From positions 5,154,028 through 5,218,027 of the forward strand of contig NC_068990.1 in NCBI RefSeq assembly GCF_001194135.2: a stretch of DNA of 64,000 nt. Reading direction: 5' to 3'. A model generated the notes under the pieces. That model had not been told where the DNA came from. It saw only the letters and a list, made by a program, of their open reading frames with translations, and ran no database searches. The position numbers were made by a program, and so were the translations under genes. Positions 13,701-26,434 of this stretch are shown here, piece by piece; the stretch's first letter is position 1; every line of letters starts with the position of its first letter. Origin of the DNA: Octopus bimaculoides. Taxonomy: Eukaryota.

Positions 13701-13865
13701 TATGTCATGAACTTCATTAGCTTACAACTGTTTCTGCTACAAGATGAAATGCAGTCAGAGTTGAATGCTTATGTATCACCCCTTAGCTTCATTGGAGCCT
13801 TCAAAACTAAAATGTATTACATCTTGTAGCCAAAACAGCTCTCAATAGATGAAGTTCATAACATA
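13701..13865. repeat. Small foldback element with ~46-bp imperfect inverted arms
   Basis: TATGTCATGAACTTCAT...CTGTTTCTGCTACAAGATG (13701-13746) is inverted relative to CATCTTGTAGCCAAAACAG...ATGAAGTTCATAACATA (13820-13865). Confidence 0.75.
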
Positions 13866-13930
13866 GTTTCTTATTCCCTTGTCATTTTAATTTCTTATTG
13901 CAACTCTGTACTTGATTAATGCTTTCATCT

Positions 13931-13962
<32 letters not shown>

Positions 13963-14141
13963 GTTTAACGTCCGCTTTCCATGCTAGCATAACACCAGGT
14001 TATCACTATACCCAAACAAGATAATAATAACGAATGTATGCATGTAGAGAATATATATTGCCAGTTCTCAGTGAAACTGTCCAACCCATGTCTGTATGGA
14101 AAGCGGACGTTAAACGATGATAATGATTATGATACATATAT

Positions 14142-14180
<39 letters not shown>

Positions 14181-14926
14181 NNNNNNNNNNNNNNNNNNNN
14201 NNNNNNNNNNNNNNNNNNNNNNNNNNNNNNNNNNNNNNNNNNNNNNNNNNNNNNNNNNNNNNNNNNNNNNNNNNNNNNNNNNNNNNNNNNNNNNNNNNNN
14301 NNNNNNNNNNNNNNNNNNNNNNNNNNNNNNNNNNNNNNNNNNNNNNNNNNNNNNNNNNNNNNNNNNNNNNNNNNNNNNNNNNNNNNNNNNNNNNNNNNNN
14401 NNNNNNNNNNNNNNNNNNNNNNNNNNNNNNNNNNNNNNNNNNNNNNNNNNNNNNNNNNNNNNNNNNNNNNNNNNNNNNNNNNNNNNNNNNNNNNNNNNNN
14501 NNNNNNNNNNNNNNNNNNNNNNNNNNNNNNNNNNNNNNNNNNNNNNNNNNNNNNNNNNNNNNNNNNNNNNNNNNNNNNNNNNNNNNNNNNNNNNNNNNNN
14601 NNNNNNNNNNNNNNNNNNNNNNNNNNNNNNNNNNNNNNNNNNNNNNNNNNNNNNNNNNNNNNNNNNNNNNNNNNNNNNNNNNNNNNNNNNNNNNNNNNNN
14701 NNNNNNNNNNNNNNNNNNNNNNNNNNNNNNNNNNNNNNNNNNNNNNNNNNNNNNNNNNNNNNNNNNNNNNNNNNNNNNNNNNNNNNNNNNNNNNNNNNNN
14801 NNNNNNNNNNNNNNNNNNNNNNNNNNNNNNNNNNNNNNNNNNNNNNNNNNNNNNNNNNNNNNNNNNNNNNNNNNNNNNNNNNNNNNNNNNNNNNNNNNNN
14901 NNNNNNNNNNNNNNNNNNNNNNNNNN
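14181..14926. other. Assembly gap (N run)
   Basis: Other gaps: 16358-16478, 22236-22245, 32030-32560, 34865-35142, 51084-51130, 59388-60340, 60790-60799. Confidence 1.
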
Positions 14927-14965
14927 GTAATAAATGGCTGCAGGTAAAAGGAAATTTTACCCTTA

Positions 14966-15011
<46 letters not shown>

Positions 15012-15079
15012 GAAGTACCTGCATAAAGAAGCTTTTGCCCCAAGGACTTCCATGCTGATAGCTGATATGGTTTCTAAAT

Positions 15080-15385
15080 TAGGAGCTGATGTTTAGCTTT
15101 ATCAATGGTGCAAAAATGGGCAGCTGTATTTTGGAGGTGAAAGGAGTGTCTTGAAGATGATACAACATCCAGATGTCCTTCAACTTCCACCATTGAGGAA
15201 TACATTGACTATAAATCAAGTAGCTGTTGGATGACAGGCTACTGACTATAAATCTAGTAGCCAAAGCTGTTAGCATATCCTGTGAGAAAGTTTAGAATAC
15301 TCTGTACAATGAACTTGGCAAGATGATGGTTTCTGCTCGGTGGGAGCCACATATGATACCTGATCAAAGGTGCACAAAGGTGATA
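15080..15385 (+). mobile_element. Mariner transposase N-terminal fragment (decayed)
   Basis: Nucleotide similarity to 26700-27010 (TGGGCAGCTG..TTT..GAG..AAAGGAG..TCTTGA.GATG; ATGAACTTGG..ATGATG..GGTTTCTGCT.GGT.GG). Confidence 0.75.
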
Positions 15386-16077
15386 CAATCAACTCATTCC
15401 ATTCCATCAAATTTCTGCCTTTATATCTATGTAAAAATTTACTATTATTTTTTTATTGCAGTTTCTATAATTTTCCTTATACTTTTTGGCAAGACAACGC
15501 TTTTCCACCATCTCTCATATTTATTACTGCTTACCTACCCTCTCATGTACTTACTTCAGCTCATCATTCCACTCTTTTTTCACAGTGTTTTTGTTCTAGT
15601 CTCTTTCACCTTATCTGATCTCACATGCAGTTCTCTCTCTCTCTCTCTCTCTTTCCCAATCACTCTTTCACAGAAACAAACATTTATGTGCTTCACAGTC
15701 ACGTTTTTAAAGCCATTTACATAAATGCAAACAACTAACTGAAGTAGAAAAAGAGTTGCATAAACACTCGACTTTTGTAAAATGTAGTGGAAACATGGAT
15801 ATATAATGACACAAACAAGTGAAAGAGAAAAAAACCTACCCATAATATTCCAATCTGTAAGTATGATGTATCAGGAATTTTATGAAAATAGATCAGTATC
15901 CTCAAGATTTAAATGAGATGATTTACTCTTTGTGATACTGCCAAATGTGACAGCAAATGTCGAAATTTAGGAAGTTATTTCACTCAGAGTAAAAATAAGT
16001 CATTTGACACATTATTGCACAAAATCATTTAAATGTCTATATCATTTATGATTTAGAATTTGGTAGGGAGAAGGTGA

Positions 16078-16126
<49 letters not shown>

Positions 16127-16664
16127 TTTGTGTGTTTACATTTATGTTCAAGGAAAATCATATTAGAAATCTTACTGCTTGAACAGCTTGACAATATGTT
16201 GTTTGTGTTGGATGAATGACTAGAGTAATTGCTAAACTATACTGATGTACCACATACACAAACATATATATTATTACAGCTATAGGTGGGTGCGTGTGTG
16301 TTTGCATAAATTTATACATATGGCCACAGTCATTGGACTGAAACATATAACAGAATANNNNNNNNNNNNNNNNNNNNNNNNNNNNNNNNNNNNNNNNNNN
16401 NNNNNNNNNNNNNNNNNNNNNNNNNNNNNNNNNNNNNNNNNNNNNNNNNNNNNNNNNNNNNNNNNNNNNNNNNNNNNNATATATATATATATATATATAT
16501 ACATATATACATATATGCGGTTGTATGGTTAAGAAGTTTTCTTTGGAACTGTGGTTTCAGTTTCAAACTCATAGCATAGTAATAAACTACTTATAAAAAA
16601 TTGAACTAATCGGTTGAGCAAAATCACTAAAATTTGTGACCATATATAACTATTGTAAAGGTGC

Positions 16665-17175
16665 ATGGCATAGTGGTTTGGGTGTTTCACTCATGATTGT
16701 AAGATCAGGGTTAGGGTTAGGAACCCTGGACCAGTGGTTCATTGTGTTCTTGAGCAAAACTCTTCAGTTCACCCATCTATACATGGGTAACCCTGCAATG
16801 GACTGGCATTCCGTTCAGGAGAAACATTGGCATGTCTATCTAGCTACCAGGGTGGCATTATTTGAAGGTGAAGGCACATGGCTCAGTGGTTTAAGCATTG
16901 AGCTCACAATCATGAGGTAGTGAGTTCCATTCCTGGGCCAAGCCATGTGTTGTGTTCTTGAGCAAGACACTTTATTTCACATTGCTCCAGTTCACTCAGC
17001 TGTAGAAATGAGATATGATGTCACAGGTGCCAAGCTGTATCAGCCTTTGCCTTTCCCTTGGATTACATGGAGAGGGGGGGGGTGCTGGTATGCATGGGCG
17101 ACTGCTGGTCTTCCATAAACAATCTTGCTTGGATTTGTGCCTTGGAGAAGAACTTTCTAGGTTCAATCTCATGGT
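16665..17175 (+). mobile_element. Two adjacent SINE family D copies (16665-16860 and 16866-17175)
   Basis: Two tRNA-like heads (GGTGCATGGCATAGTGG; GAAGGCACATGGCTCAGTGG), each followed by the GTGTTCTTGAGCAA core. Confidence 0.75.
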
Positions 17176-17847
17176 CATTTATTACCGGAGGAGTTGTTTA
17201 CCCTATCTCTGAAGAAAATCAAAGATCTAAAACTAACCAGGCAGATCCCTTTTTTCCTGTTCATAGAGAGGAATAAAGGAAACATTTATTTACATTTGTC
17301 ATAACACAGTTCTGGCTCCATTGTGTTGCCATAAAAAGTTTACTTTGAATCTCATTACAGATGTAGCAGAGAGTGTTTAGTGCATAAATAATTAAGCAGT
17401 TATTCATATTCTTTCATTAATGCATGTTTGTGTTGATGACAAATACACTTAAGTCATAATGTATGGTCTCCCTAATGCTAAGTAGGTACTGCTTCACTTC
17501 ACTCATTCTTCACTTCACTCTGAAAAATATATTTTGTTATATTCTTAAATATATAATGTATCATTAATATACCATCTTAGAAAAGCAAGTCACAGGGGTG
17601 CCATAATTACTGTGGAATTAAATAACTTGATTCAGTAATTTACCAAACACAATTCATCAAAAATAGGCATAAATTGCAAAGAGTCATTAATGGGAAATTC
17701 CTCAAACTTCTACCTCAAACTGAAATTTAATACTGATTGCATCACACAACAGCTGCTACAGCCCTACCAATTACAGTCCAAGTTCTAAATGATTTTTTTC
17801 CATCAGCCAGTATACATGCATTTTAATATTTTTAATATTTTCACCTT

Positions 17848-18200
17848 ATAGGTGCAGGCATGGCTGTGTGGTTAAGAAGCGCACTTTGCAATATCACTTT
17901 GGGCCAATCAATGCCTTGTGAGAGATTTTGTTAGATGGAAACTGTGTGAAGGCCTCTCTTACATATATATGTGTATGTGTGTGTATGTGTGTATTTGTTC
18001 CTCCCAACCAATGTTTATCCTTCATGTTAACTGGTGTTAGTTTGTTTACATCCCAATAGCTTACTAGTTTGCAGAAAAGAGACCTATAGAACAAGTTCAG
18101 ACTTGAAACATATATACTGGGGCTGATTTGCTTTACTAAATCCTTCAAGATGGTACCCCAACATGGTTATAGTCCTTTGATGAAAACAAGTGAAAGATTA
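17848..18200 (+). mobile_element. SINE family A
   Basis: Head TAGGTGCAGGCATGGCTGTGTGGTTAAGAAGC; tail GAAAACAAGTGAAAGA. Confidence 0.8.
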
Positions 18201-18518
18201 ACAGTAAAAGTAAGATAAATTCAATATAAAATTTCAATATCGTTTCAAATTAATTGTAAATCCAAAATATTTTGATCCTTATAAATAATTAATAAATAAC
18301 CTATTGTAATAAGTTTTGCACATATCAGAGAATGATTGAACCCAGGTGAAAAACACTGATAGGTAGTACTGCTGTAGCAATTTGAGATAGGCTTCATCAC
18401 CTGTTACACTATTGCCATAGATAGTGCTGTGACAAAGTAATTATTAATGAATTAGTGCTAACACACTGTCTTAATGATAGTGAAGGCTACCTAAAATTTT
18501 CAATGTATCACTCTTTGT

Positions 18519-19124
18519 CAGCTCCACCATGTGGCTTTTAGAGGCCCCCTGCAAATTTTGTTTTGTGGCCGCATCCCTTCAATCAAAATTCGTAATCTAT
18601 GCACCTTTTATTCAAACCTATATGTTACTTTATTCTATCTGAAGTTCAATATTTCACGTTATCCTAAACAATATCTTTAAAAGTTCAACAAGTTAAATTT
18701 ACTTAGGTCTATTACAAATTTCAATAAGTAAAACTTCCAGATATGAATAAAAGAGCACTTTTATAATTCAGGTAACTTTCAAAGACAAACATGGCACACT
18801 TTTTGCTTTGTGAAATCATTGATCAGTTCAGAATAATCAAGTTGAGAGGTAAGTTTATCTTCAATAGGTATCATAGACAATCCACAAAGTCTGGTACACA
18901 GTCATGGTACAATGTAATATTTTTACAAGAATTTTTGCAGGTACAATGTATTACTATTTCATTTCTTGAAATTTTCAGTGAACATTGATAGTTTAATTCT
19001 TGTTCAACATCTTAACCGAAGTAAATAGATAACTCATCTACATACTTTGATATTAATATGGGGCCCCTCAACTGCTGAGGCTCCCTGTAACCCCTGCAGT
19101 TGCAGGGACTTAGTGACGGCCCTG
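18519..19124 (-). mobile_element. hAT (Tip100-like) deletion derivative
   Basis: Right end TGACGGCCCTG; left end is a decayed CAGCTCCACCA. Flanks CTCTTTGT / CTGTTTGT form a 7/8 TSD. Minus strand encodes TRLCGLSMIPIEDKLTSQLDYSELINDFTKQKVCHVCL*, resembling the hAT C-terminal dimerisation region. Confidence 0.7.
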
Positions 19125-19399
19125 CTGTTTGTTTAACATGGCAGTATGTGAATTGAAAGGTACTTAGGTGAATTGAGAGGTATTATTTGGCTGTTATTTC
19201 TAACATGCTGATTGACTATGCAGAGGCTTCCCTTAGTGGGGTTGTAAGGACTGAATTAGTCTTCACCTTACATCACATCGAAATTTATAAATCAATCAAT
19301 GATAGTGATGAACCAGTGTATTCAATTCCTCTTTTAACTTCAAGATGCTTAGTGAGAAATAACTTTGTGAAATTATATATATATATTTTTTTTTGAAAT

Positions 19400-20260
19400 G
19401 ACATCTTGCAACAATTATTTTGTAAAGGAATTACATGCTGCATATTCAATATGCATTTAGAAAATTTGTTAATTGAATCTCGAAAACAACTTTCTGTTCT
19501 AAAAAGAAATGGAAGATCATTGTAGTATGCCTATATTAGATTAACCATGCAGTTTTGCACTCGCTATGTGCAGAAGTTTGCATTTTCAGTATATGTGTCA
19601 GGAAATGAATTTTGGTACTGAATTACAGTAAGACCTTTGTGAAAAAATTGACTTTCGCTGTAAATTTTCTAACCATTTTGATTAGTACAAACAAATTTTG
19701 CAAGAACATGATAACTTTGTACAAAAATGATGCATAAGCATTTTTGAGACATGTGCACGAAGAATTCTTGAACTGTGTACCTAGAAATATTGAAACAACT
19801 CAAAAGATTACAAAAATTTTCCTCAAGAATTTGTTTAAGTCGTATTCACCGATCTTTTGTAACTCTTCTTTTAGTTTTGGTTGATTAATCTAAAACTAGC
19901 GAGATAGAGAACCAGCAATGCGAACTGCTAATGGTTTGACAGGAAAATCATATGACCTGAACAAAATTTGGGTGTAAACTAGCAACACTTAAAAATGCAG
20001 CTGGTATGTCAAGATTACCATTTTCTCAAACTATGATTTGACTCTTTACAACATGTCGTTAAAAGTTTAAAGAGTGTTTTCTAGAATTAATATTCACCAA
20101 AATTAAACTAAGAATTATGATGGTGTTGAAAGCACTTTTGTCAGTTTTAAGACTAAAAATGAAACTTAAAGAATGAATAATTTGCTGCTGAGATTGATAA
20201 TCCATGTAAAGCTATTGTGAAGAATTACTCAAGCATTTACAAAAATGAAAAAGAAATTTG
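19400..20260 (+). mobile_element. Possible heavily decayed hAT-like transposase remnant
   Basis: Stop-riddled translation near 19960-20180 (..KLATLKNAAG...LPFS...IFTKIKLRIMM..LKALLSVLRLKMKLKE) resembles hAT C-termini. No TIRs found. Confidence 0.35.
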
Positions 20261-20780
20261 TGAAAAAGAGAAAAAATTAATGATCCATAAAATTTAAATT
20301 TTTAACATGTAAGGACCCTAATAAATCTATTAAGTATTCAACAAAGTAAATTAGAATTCATCTATAAACAATCATCTTTCTTCGCTCATGTAGTATAAAA
20401 CGTCTCTAAACAGTGAAGATTCTCATAGATGTTTCTTCTCATTATAAACTTTCTCGTCTAAACACCATTCTTGTGTGTCTTATTCAAGCCAAATGTATTC
20501 AAGTATTCTGGTATCTAAGAAAAGAGGATTATTTAAAAAGCAGTTGAAAACAAAGAAAATAATTACCTCATAGTGAGCACAGATTTGACTGTTGCTACCG
20601 TTTCTCTTCACAGGATTCAAGTGCATGGTACTGGCTTCATATCAGATAAAGGGGGTTCCTGCTCTTGTAAATTAAGACAAACATTAGTTATTGTTGTTGT
20701 TTAAGCCATATTAGCCCTGGTCCACCTATGATCAATGGTATTCCACCTGTGACAAATTCTACTTTTCTTTCAACAAGATG

Positions 20781-20834
<54 letters not shown>

Positions 20835-21038
20835 TGGATAATAATAAATGGAGCAAAACGCATGTCAATAAAAGTTCCTTTAATTCCTACACATGTTTCA
20901 AAATAAATAAGAGAACTTTCACAAAGAAGAAAGAGCTGTTGGGGTTCCTCATTTATTTCTCTTCAGGGAGTTCATAATAAAACATGTAATAGCAAGACAA
21001 AAACGAAATGATGGGGTAACTTACGAGCAGAGATGTTA

Positions 21039-21083
21039 CATGGTCAGTGACCGTTAGAAACCTTCTAACGGTCACTGACCATG
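21039..21083. repeat. Perfect 21-bp inverted repeat with 3-nt loop
   Basis: CATGGTCAGTGACCGTTAGAA-ACC-TTCTAACGGTCACTGACCATG. Confidence 0.95.
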
Positions 21084-21205
21084 ATGATGGTGATGATGAT
21101 GATGATGATGATGATGATGGTGGTGGTGATAACAGTGATGATGATGATGATGATGATGATGATAACAATGATGATGATAAGGATGATGAAGATGATGATG
21201 GTGAT
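21081..21205. repeat. (GAT)n trinucleotide microsatellite, interrupted
   Basis: Seen directly. Confidence 0.95.
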
Positions 21206-22137
21206 AGATTTCGTTAGCATTGCATAAAACATCTTTCATATATAAATCAAGTCAAAGGTAGCATCTAAGATATCATCCATTACATAGCAGTATTTTATCC
21301 ATTAGTAATCTTTCGCTACTTGTATCCCAATACTTTCAAAGCATGTATTGCTATATTCTGTGCATTGTCTGTAATATAACATAAACTTTTTCTGAAATTC
21401 TATATTTATATTACATAAGTATCCAGACAATGTCTAAAATACAAAAGATACCATTCTTCTTTTCTCATAGAATAAAGAAATTGGAGCTTAGAACGATAAT
21501 GGAATAAGACATTTCTAGCTTCATAGCATCTGTACTATTCTGTTTCAATTCCATTTTCTTTGGAAATTACTAATTAAAAGTTTCCTGAAAATAAAGAATC
21601 TTCATTCTGATATTGATGCAAGCTTGTAATCCTACTATGGGCTAGTGAACATCCAATATTGCTAGATTGCTGTGTAATCATAAAAGTATAGAAGTGCTTA
21701 GCTAGGAAACTCTAGGTAAGGAATGAAATCTTGTCTGCACTATTAAACTGGTTAAGCTTTTAGTTAAACCTCAGGCTTATAGTAAATAATTAGTTGAATA
21801 GTTTTCATAGATAGGCCTACGGCATAAGTGATGAATAGACATACAGACGTATAAGTAGATGTATAGGCAGTCAAAGAGATTACACCCACCTACACACACA
21901 CACACACACACACATACACACACACATGCACCTACATACTTACATGCAAACATATTAATATTGTGTATATATGTGGGTATATAAATATAATAAATATGTG
22001 GGTATATATATATTTATATGTATATAGCATTGTTGAGTGTTTGTATTTATTTGTATATATATGTATATATACATAGAGAGTCTCACACTCACACAAACGC
22101 ACATGCACTCGCACACATGCACACACACACACACACT

Positions 22138-22333
22138 GAATTTGGGCGTTAGGAAGGGCATCCAGCTGTAGAAACTCTGCCAAATCAGACTGGAGTCTGG
22201 TGTTGCCATCCGGTTTCACCAGTCCTCAGTCAAATNNNNNNNNNNGGTTTCACCAGTCCTCAGTCAAATCGTCCAACCCATGCTAGCATGGAAAGCGGAC
22301 GTTAAACGATGATGATGATGATGATGATGATGA
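22138..22333 (+). mobile_element. SINE family B 3' part
   Basis: GGCGTTAGGAAGGGCATCCAGCTG...GGAAAGCGGACGTTAAAC(GAT)n. Confidence 0.85.
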
Positions 22334-23214
22334 TAGTACATCTCTTTTCCCAAAATGTTTGCCTCAAAAAAATCATCCTGTGTCTTGTGTGTGAAGTTGG
22401 GCCAATATTACATGCTTTAATGTAGTAAAAATCATTTCTCCTGCATATGCACTGCTGAAATTGGAGTGCATCTTATATTAATGCGTGTCTTTCATGTTAT
22501 CATATACAGTACATGGATATGTATTCATTCATTCCTATTGTCACTTGAAGTATCACATTGATCAAAGAAACCTTGAGTGGATCATCAACTTTGTATGGTT
22601 AAATAAGAAAATAAACAATAAATTTCTTTTGCTTCCTTATAATCCAAATAGAATTCTCAGAAATAAAAAAAAATTCATTGAATACATTTATCAGGAGATA
22701 AGTTTTGTTTCATGTAGCCCCCATTGAACTATATTTCCAAATAAATCCACATATCTATATACATTCAACCATCTTTAACAGAATCTTTTTGGATGCAGTA
22801 AAGTCATGTCTATTCTTAGTTAATTCCCAAAATTTTATTTAAAAATATGAGAGGATTTCATGAGTTATAAGTGTTGTAGTTTGCTGAATGGTGGAGCTCA
22901 GAGTATTGAAAAATGAGTCGAGTAGGAGTATGCAAAACTTTATAAGCTACACAGAAATTAACAAGAGTAAGTGAAAAAAAATAGAAGGACATGTCTTTTT
23001 TAACAATTCAACAACTTTCCCACAATCATTTCATAAAAGTAAAAAAATGGATCTATGACATTGTTTTAATTGATATTATTTCTAATTTGAAATTGGAAAG
23101 AATGTTTCTTCTGATGTAATACAAACCAAAAGCATTCAAATTACAGAATACTTTCAATTTGTAAACTCAGCAGACATTGAAAAACCTTTATGCTTGTCTG
23201 TGAATGTGTGTAGC

Positions 23215-23470
23215 CTTATGATTAGGGTGTTAGGATTGAATCATCAGGCCATTGGTTCAATTTACAGTCCAGGTAGCATGTTAGGTCCTTGATCAAGACA
23301 CTTCATTTCACATTGCTTAAGTCTACTCAGCTTGAATGAATACCAGCTAAGTGTAGGTACAACTCTCTCACTCTCCAGTTGTCACATCTTGTTATCCAGT
23401 AAGTCAAGGTTGGGGGTACTCTGAGGTTGCTTATGTCTGCCCATGATTACATGGGTACCTGAAGCAATCA
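23215..23470 (+). mobile_element. SINE family D (decayed)
   Basis: Core GTCCTTGATCAAGACACTTCATTTCACATTGCT..GTCTACTCAGCT. Confidence 0.6.
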
Positions 23471-24394
23471 GCTAAAGTATGGTACATATCTTACTCATTA
23501 ATTACAGCTGACTTCATAATAATGATTCATCTGTGTAACCACTGATAAAATAATTTCCTCTTTAGCAAAGTGTCTTAATTTTTTTCCTCTTCCAGTCAGG
23601 TGTACTTTGCATGCAGCAACAGCATGTGCCATCTCTGTTTCACTTCTGTTCAATTATTTCCTTTTTTTATTTTTGCTTTATTATTTAATTATTTTACATG
23701 TGAAACATAGAAATTGAAATTTACTCATTTCATTTGTTTCTTTCTTCATCTTTCTTGGTAATCTATAATTTTAATTTGATTTTTGATATTATTAACATTA
23801 ATTGTTGAAGCCATTAATATGTTAAAAATTATTAATTACTTCCACATCCTACATGCCAGTAATTTTTATTTTGTAAAGTTGTTAATTTATATTTAATTCT
23901 TTAATTAACTGCTAATTAGAACAAAATGAAATTTAAGGGCTTTAAGCAGTATCAGCTACGATGTTTAAAGTCTGATAAAGTTATGACTTAGGGGCCAAAA
24001 GACGAATAGTTTAAACAGGTTTTTACAATTTCAATCACAATCTTTCTGGTTAAAAAATCACCCAAGTTTAAAAGGCTGAGTGAAAATATGACACAGCTGA
24101 AAAAAAAAAAAAAATGTTTTTCTAAACTGAGTCTGAGTATTAATTTAAGTATCTTGGTTTAAGGATATTCACTCCTTTCACATTCTTTATACTCCAAAGA
24201 GCAATGTTACAACTTCATATTTTGTTTCCTGAAAGTATTGGAATTTTCTGCCTAGACACTTATATCTGAATCAGAAAACGTGTTTTTCGTTCAAAAATAT
24301 GCCTTAAACCAATCAGTAAAAGTTAGCTCAAAAATGTTTGCTTAAGACTTTCATTATTTACGTACTAATTGTGAAAGAATTTATTCTCTCTCTC

Positions 24395-24765
24395 TCTTTT
24401 CTCTTTTACTTGTTTCAGTCATTTGACTGCGGCCATGCTGGAGCACCGCCTTTAGTCGAATCAAATCGACCCCAGGACTTATTCTTTGTAAGCCTAGTAC
24501 TTATTCTATCGGGTCACTTTTTGCCGAACCGCTAAGTTACATCGGTTGTCAAGCGATGCTGGGGGGGGGGACAAAAACAGACACACAAACACATACATAT
24601 ATATACATATATACGACGGACTTCTTCCAGTTTCCGTCTACCAAATCCACTCACAAGGCTTTGGTCGGCCCGAGGCTATAGTAGAAGACACTTGCCTAAG
24701 GTGCCACGCAGTGGGACTGAACCCAGAACCATGTGGTTGGTAAGCAAGCTACTTACCACACAAGT
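24395..24765 (-). mobile_element. SINE family A, near full length and relatively young
   Basis: Many CpGs retained; B-box-like GGTTCAGTCCC on the minus strand; tail (plus strand) CTCTTTTACTTGTTTCAGTC. Confidence 0.9.
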
Positions 24766-25434
24766 GATTTGAAATGCATAAATCTTTTTATATATCAAAC
24801 CTCAAGTTGTACATGAAAGTCAACAACTTTTAAGATGCCAGAATATTATATTTGGTAAGATATGGAATAATGTATCAGGGGACATTAATTAAATATTTCA
24901 AATAACCAAGTGATCTGAAATGTATAAATAGTAATTTTTTTCATTTTTCAAACTTGAAGCTGAACCTAAAAGCCAATAATTTTTAGGATGCTAAATATTA
25001 CATTTAGTAAGATATAGAATTTTGTTTCAGGGGACATAAATTAAATATTATTTTCAAAGTTTAAATTTTCTTTTATTATAAAACTTCTGACATCCAGGAA
25101 AAGGATAGGGAAATATCACATCGGCTATGCAAATGGGACCAAACTAAATGCTAAATGTTTAAACTATTTGAAGTTTCGGTTCCCTTTTGATAATTTCCTC
25201 CATAAATTTATGAACATAATTATTAAATCATCAAAGAATAATGTTGAAAACAGAATTCCGTTTGGAGACATTAACTTCAAAATTATTATATGTGTAAGCT
25301 ACATTGATTCAAAAATAATTCTCTATTTTACATTGAAAATATTCAAAAGCTATTGATTTCTAACATTTGAGCAAGGCTACATTTTTGGGGAATATATTTT
25401 TTACAAAATGAGTCCACTATTTGATTAGTGCTTT

Positions 25435-26420
25435 AATGATCTGAAATTATATGCAAAAGATGACAAGGATCTGAAAGGGCTACTTGCAACTGTGAAAAAA
25501 TTCAGTGATGACATCAAAATGGAATTTGGCCTCGACGAGTGTGCAAAAGCTTCGTTCGAATGTGGTAAACTGACAGCTAATATCACGACCCGACTTGATC
25601 ATGATACATCTATCAAGAACTTGGATAAAGAAGGATTTTAGAAGTATCTTGGGGTACACAAAGGAAGAGTGATTCAACTTGGATCACTGAAATAGAAAGT
25701 GTAAACCAAAAGGCCAAACAGAAAAGCTTAAAGGAAATATTGAGACTGTGACAAGAAAAACCATTGCATGGGCCATACCCCAAAATAGCTGGGGAAGCTG
25801 ATGTACATATGAGAAGGACCTATCAGTGGCCGCAGAGTGCTAGTTTGAAAGCCGAAACAGAAGGATTTATCCTAGCAGCACAAGATCAAATTTTCCTCAC
25901 CTGGAACTATCAATGCCAGTGTTGGGCTCTTTTTTCTTTTAAGTGGACAAAGACAGAGCTACAGGAACTGGATAGAAGAATGAGAAAGTTACTCATAATG
26001 CATAATGCACACCACTTTTAAAGTAATATTGATTTCAAACTTTGGCAATCTTGGGGTAGGATCCAAGTCAATTACATTAACCCCAATTCTCAGCTGGTAC
26101 CTTTTTTTGTTGAGCCTGAAAAGATGGAAGGCAAAGTTGACCTTGGCAAAATTCAAACTCAGGATGTAAAGATGGGCCAAATGCTGCTAAGTATCTATCC
26201 TAGCAGGGTAACAACTTTGCCAGTTGGCTGCCTTCACTCTTATAATGAAGGCAGCAGAAATGGTAACCTGAAATGGAAACTGAATTACTGAATGCAAAAG
26301 GTCACTAAATCAAATTTAATACAGACCAAAATTGATAAAGTCAGACAGGAAATTCAGAATGTGTGGAATAGAGATGAAAGAGAGTGTAGTAAACTAGTAC
26401 AAGATGCATATGAACAGGCA
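25435..26420 (+). mobile_element. Fragmented RLE-type non-LTR retrotransposon remnant
   Basis: NDLKLYAKDD...MEFGLDECAK...KYLG (RT catalytic region); HGPYP...LKAETEGFILAAQDQ; WTKTELQELDRRMRKLLIMHNAHH; KIDK...ECSKLVQ. Interrupted by a minus-strand family C SINE at ~26035-26185. Confidence 0.85.
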
Positions 26421-26434
26421 TGGTAGTGTAGGGG

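Noticed and set aside
14038-15096. Long ORFs (194-411 aa) at 14-15, 32, 35 and 59-60 kb
   Set aside because: They are open only because they cross N gaps and microsatellites.
22212-22269. Direct duplication GGTTTCACCAGTCCTCAGTCAAAT on both sides of a 10-N gap
   Set aside because: An unmerged contig overlap within a SINE; assembly artefact.
24860-25055. ~45-bp direct repeat about 150 bp apart
   Set aside because: Two diverged copies only, with no coding or terminal structure; probably a local duplication.
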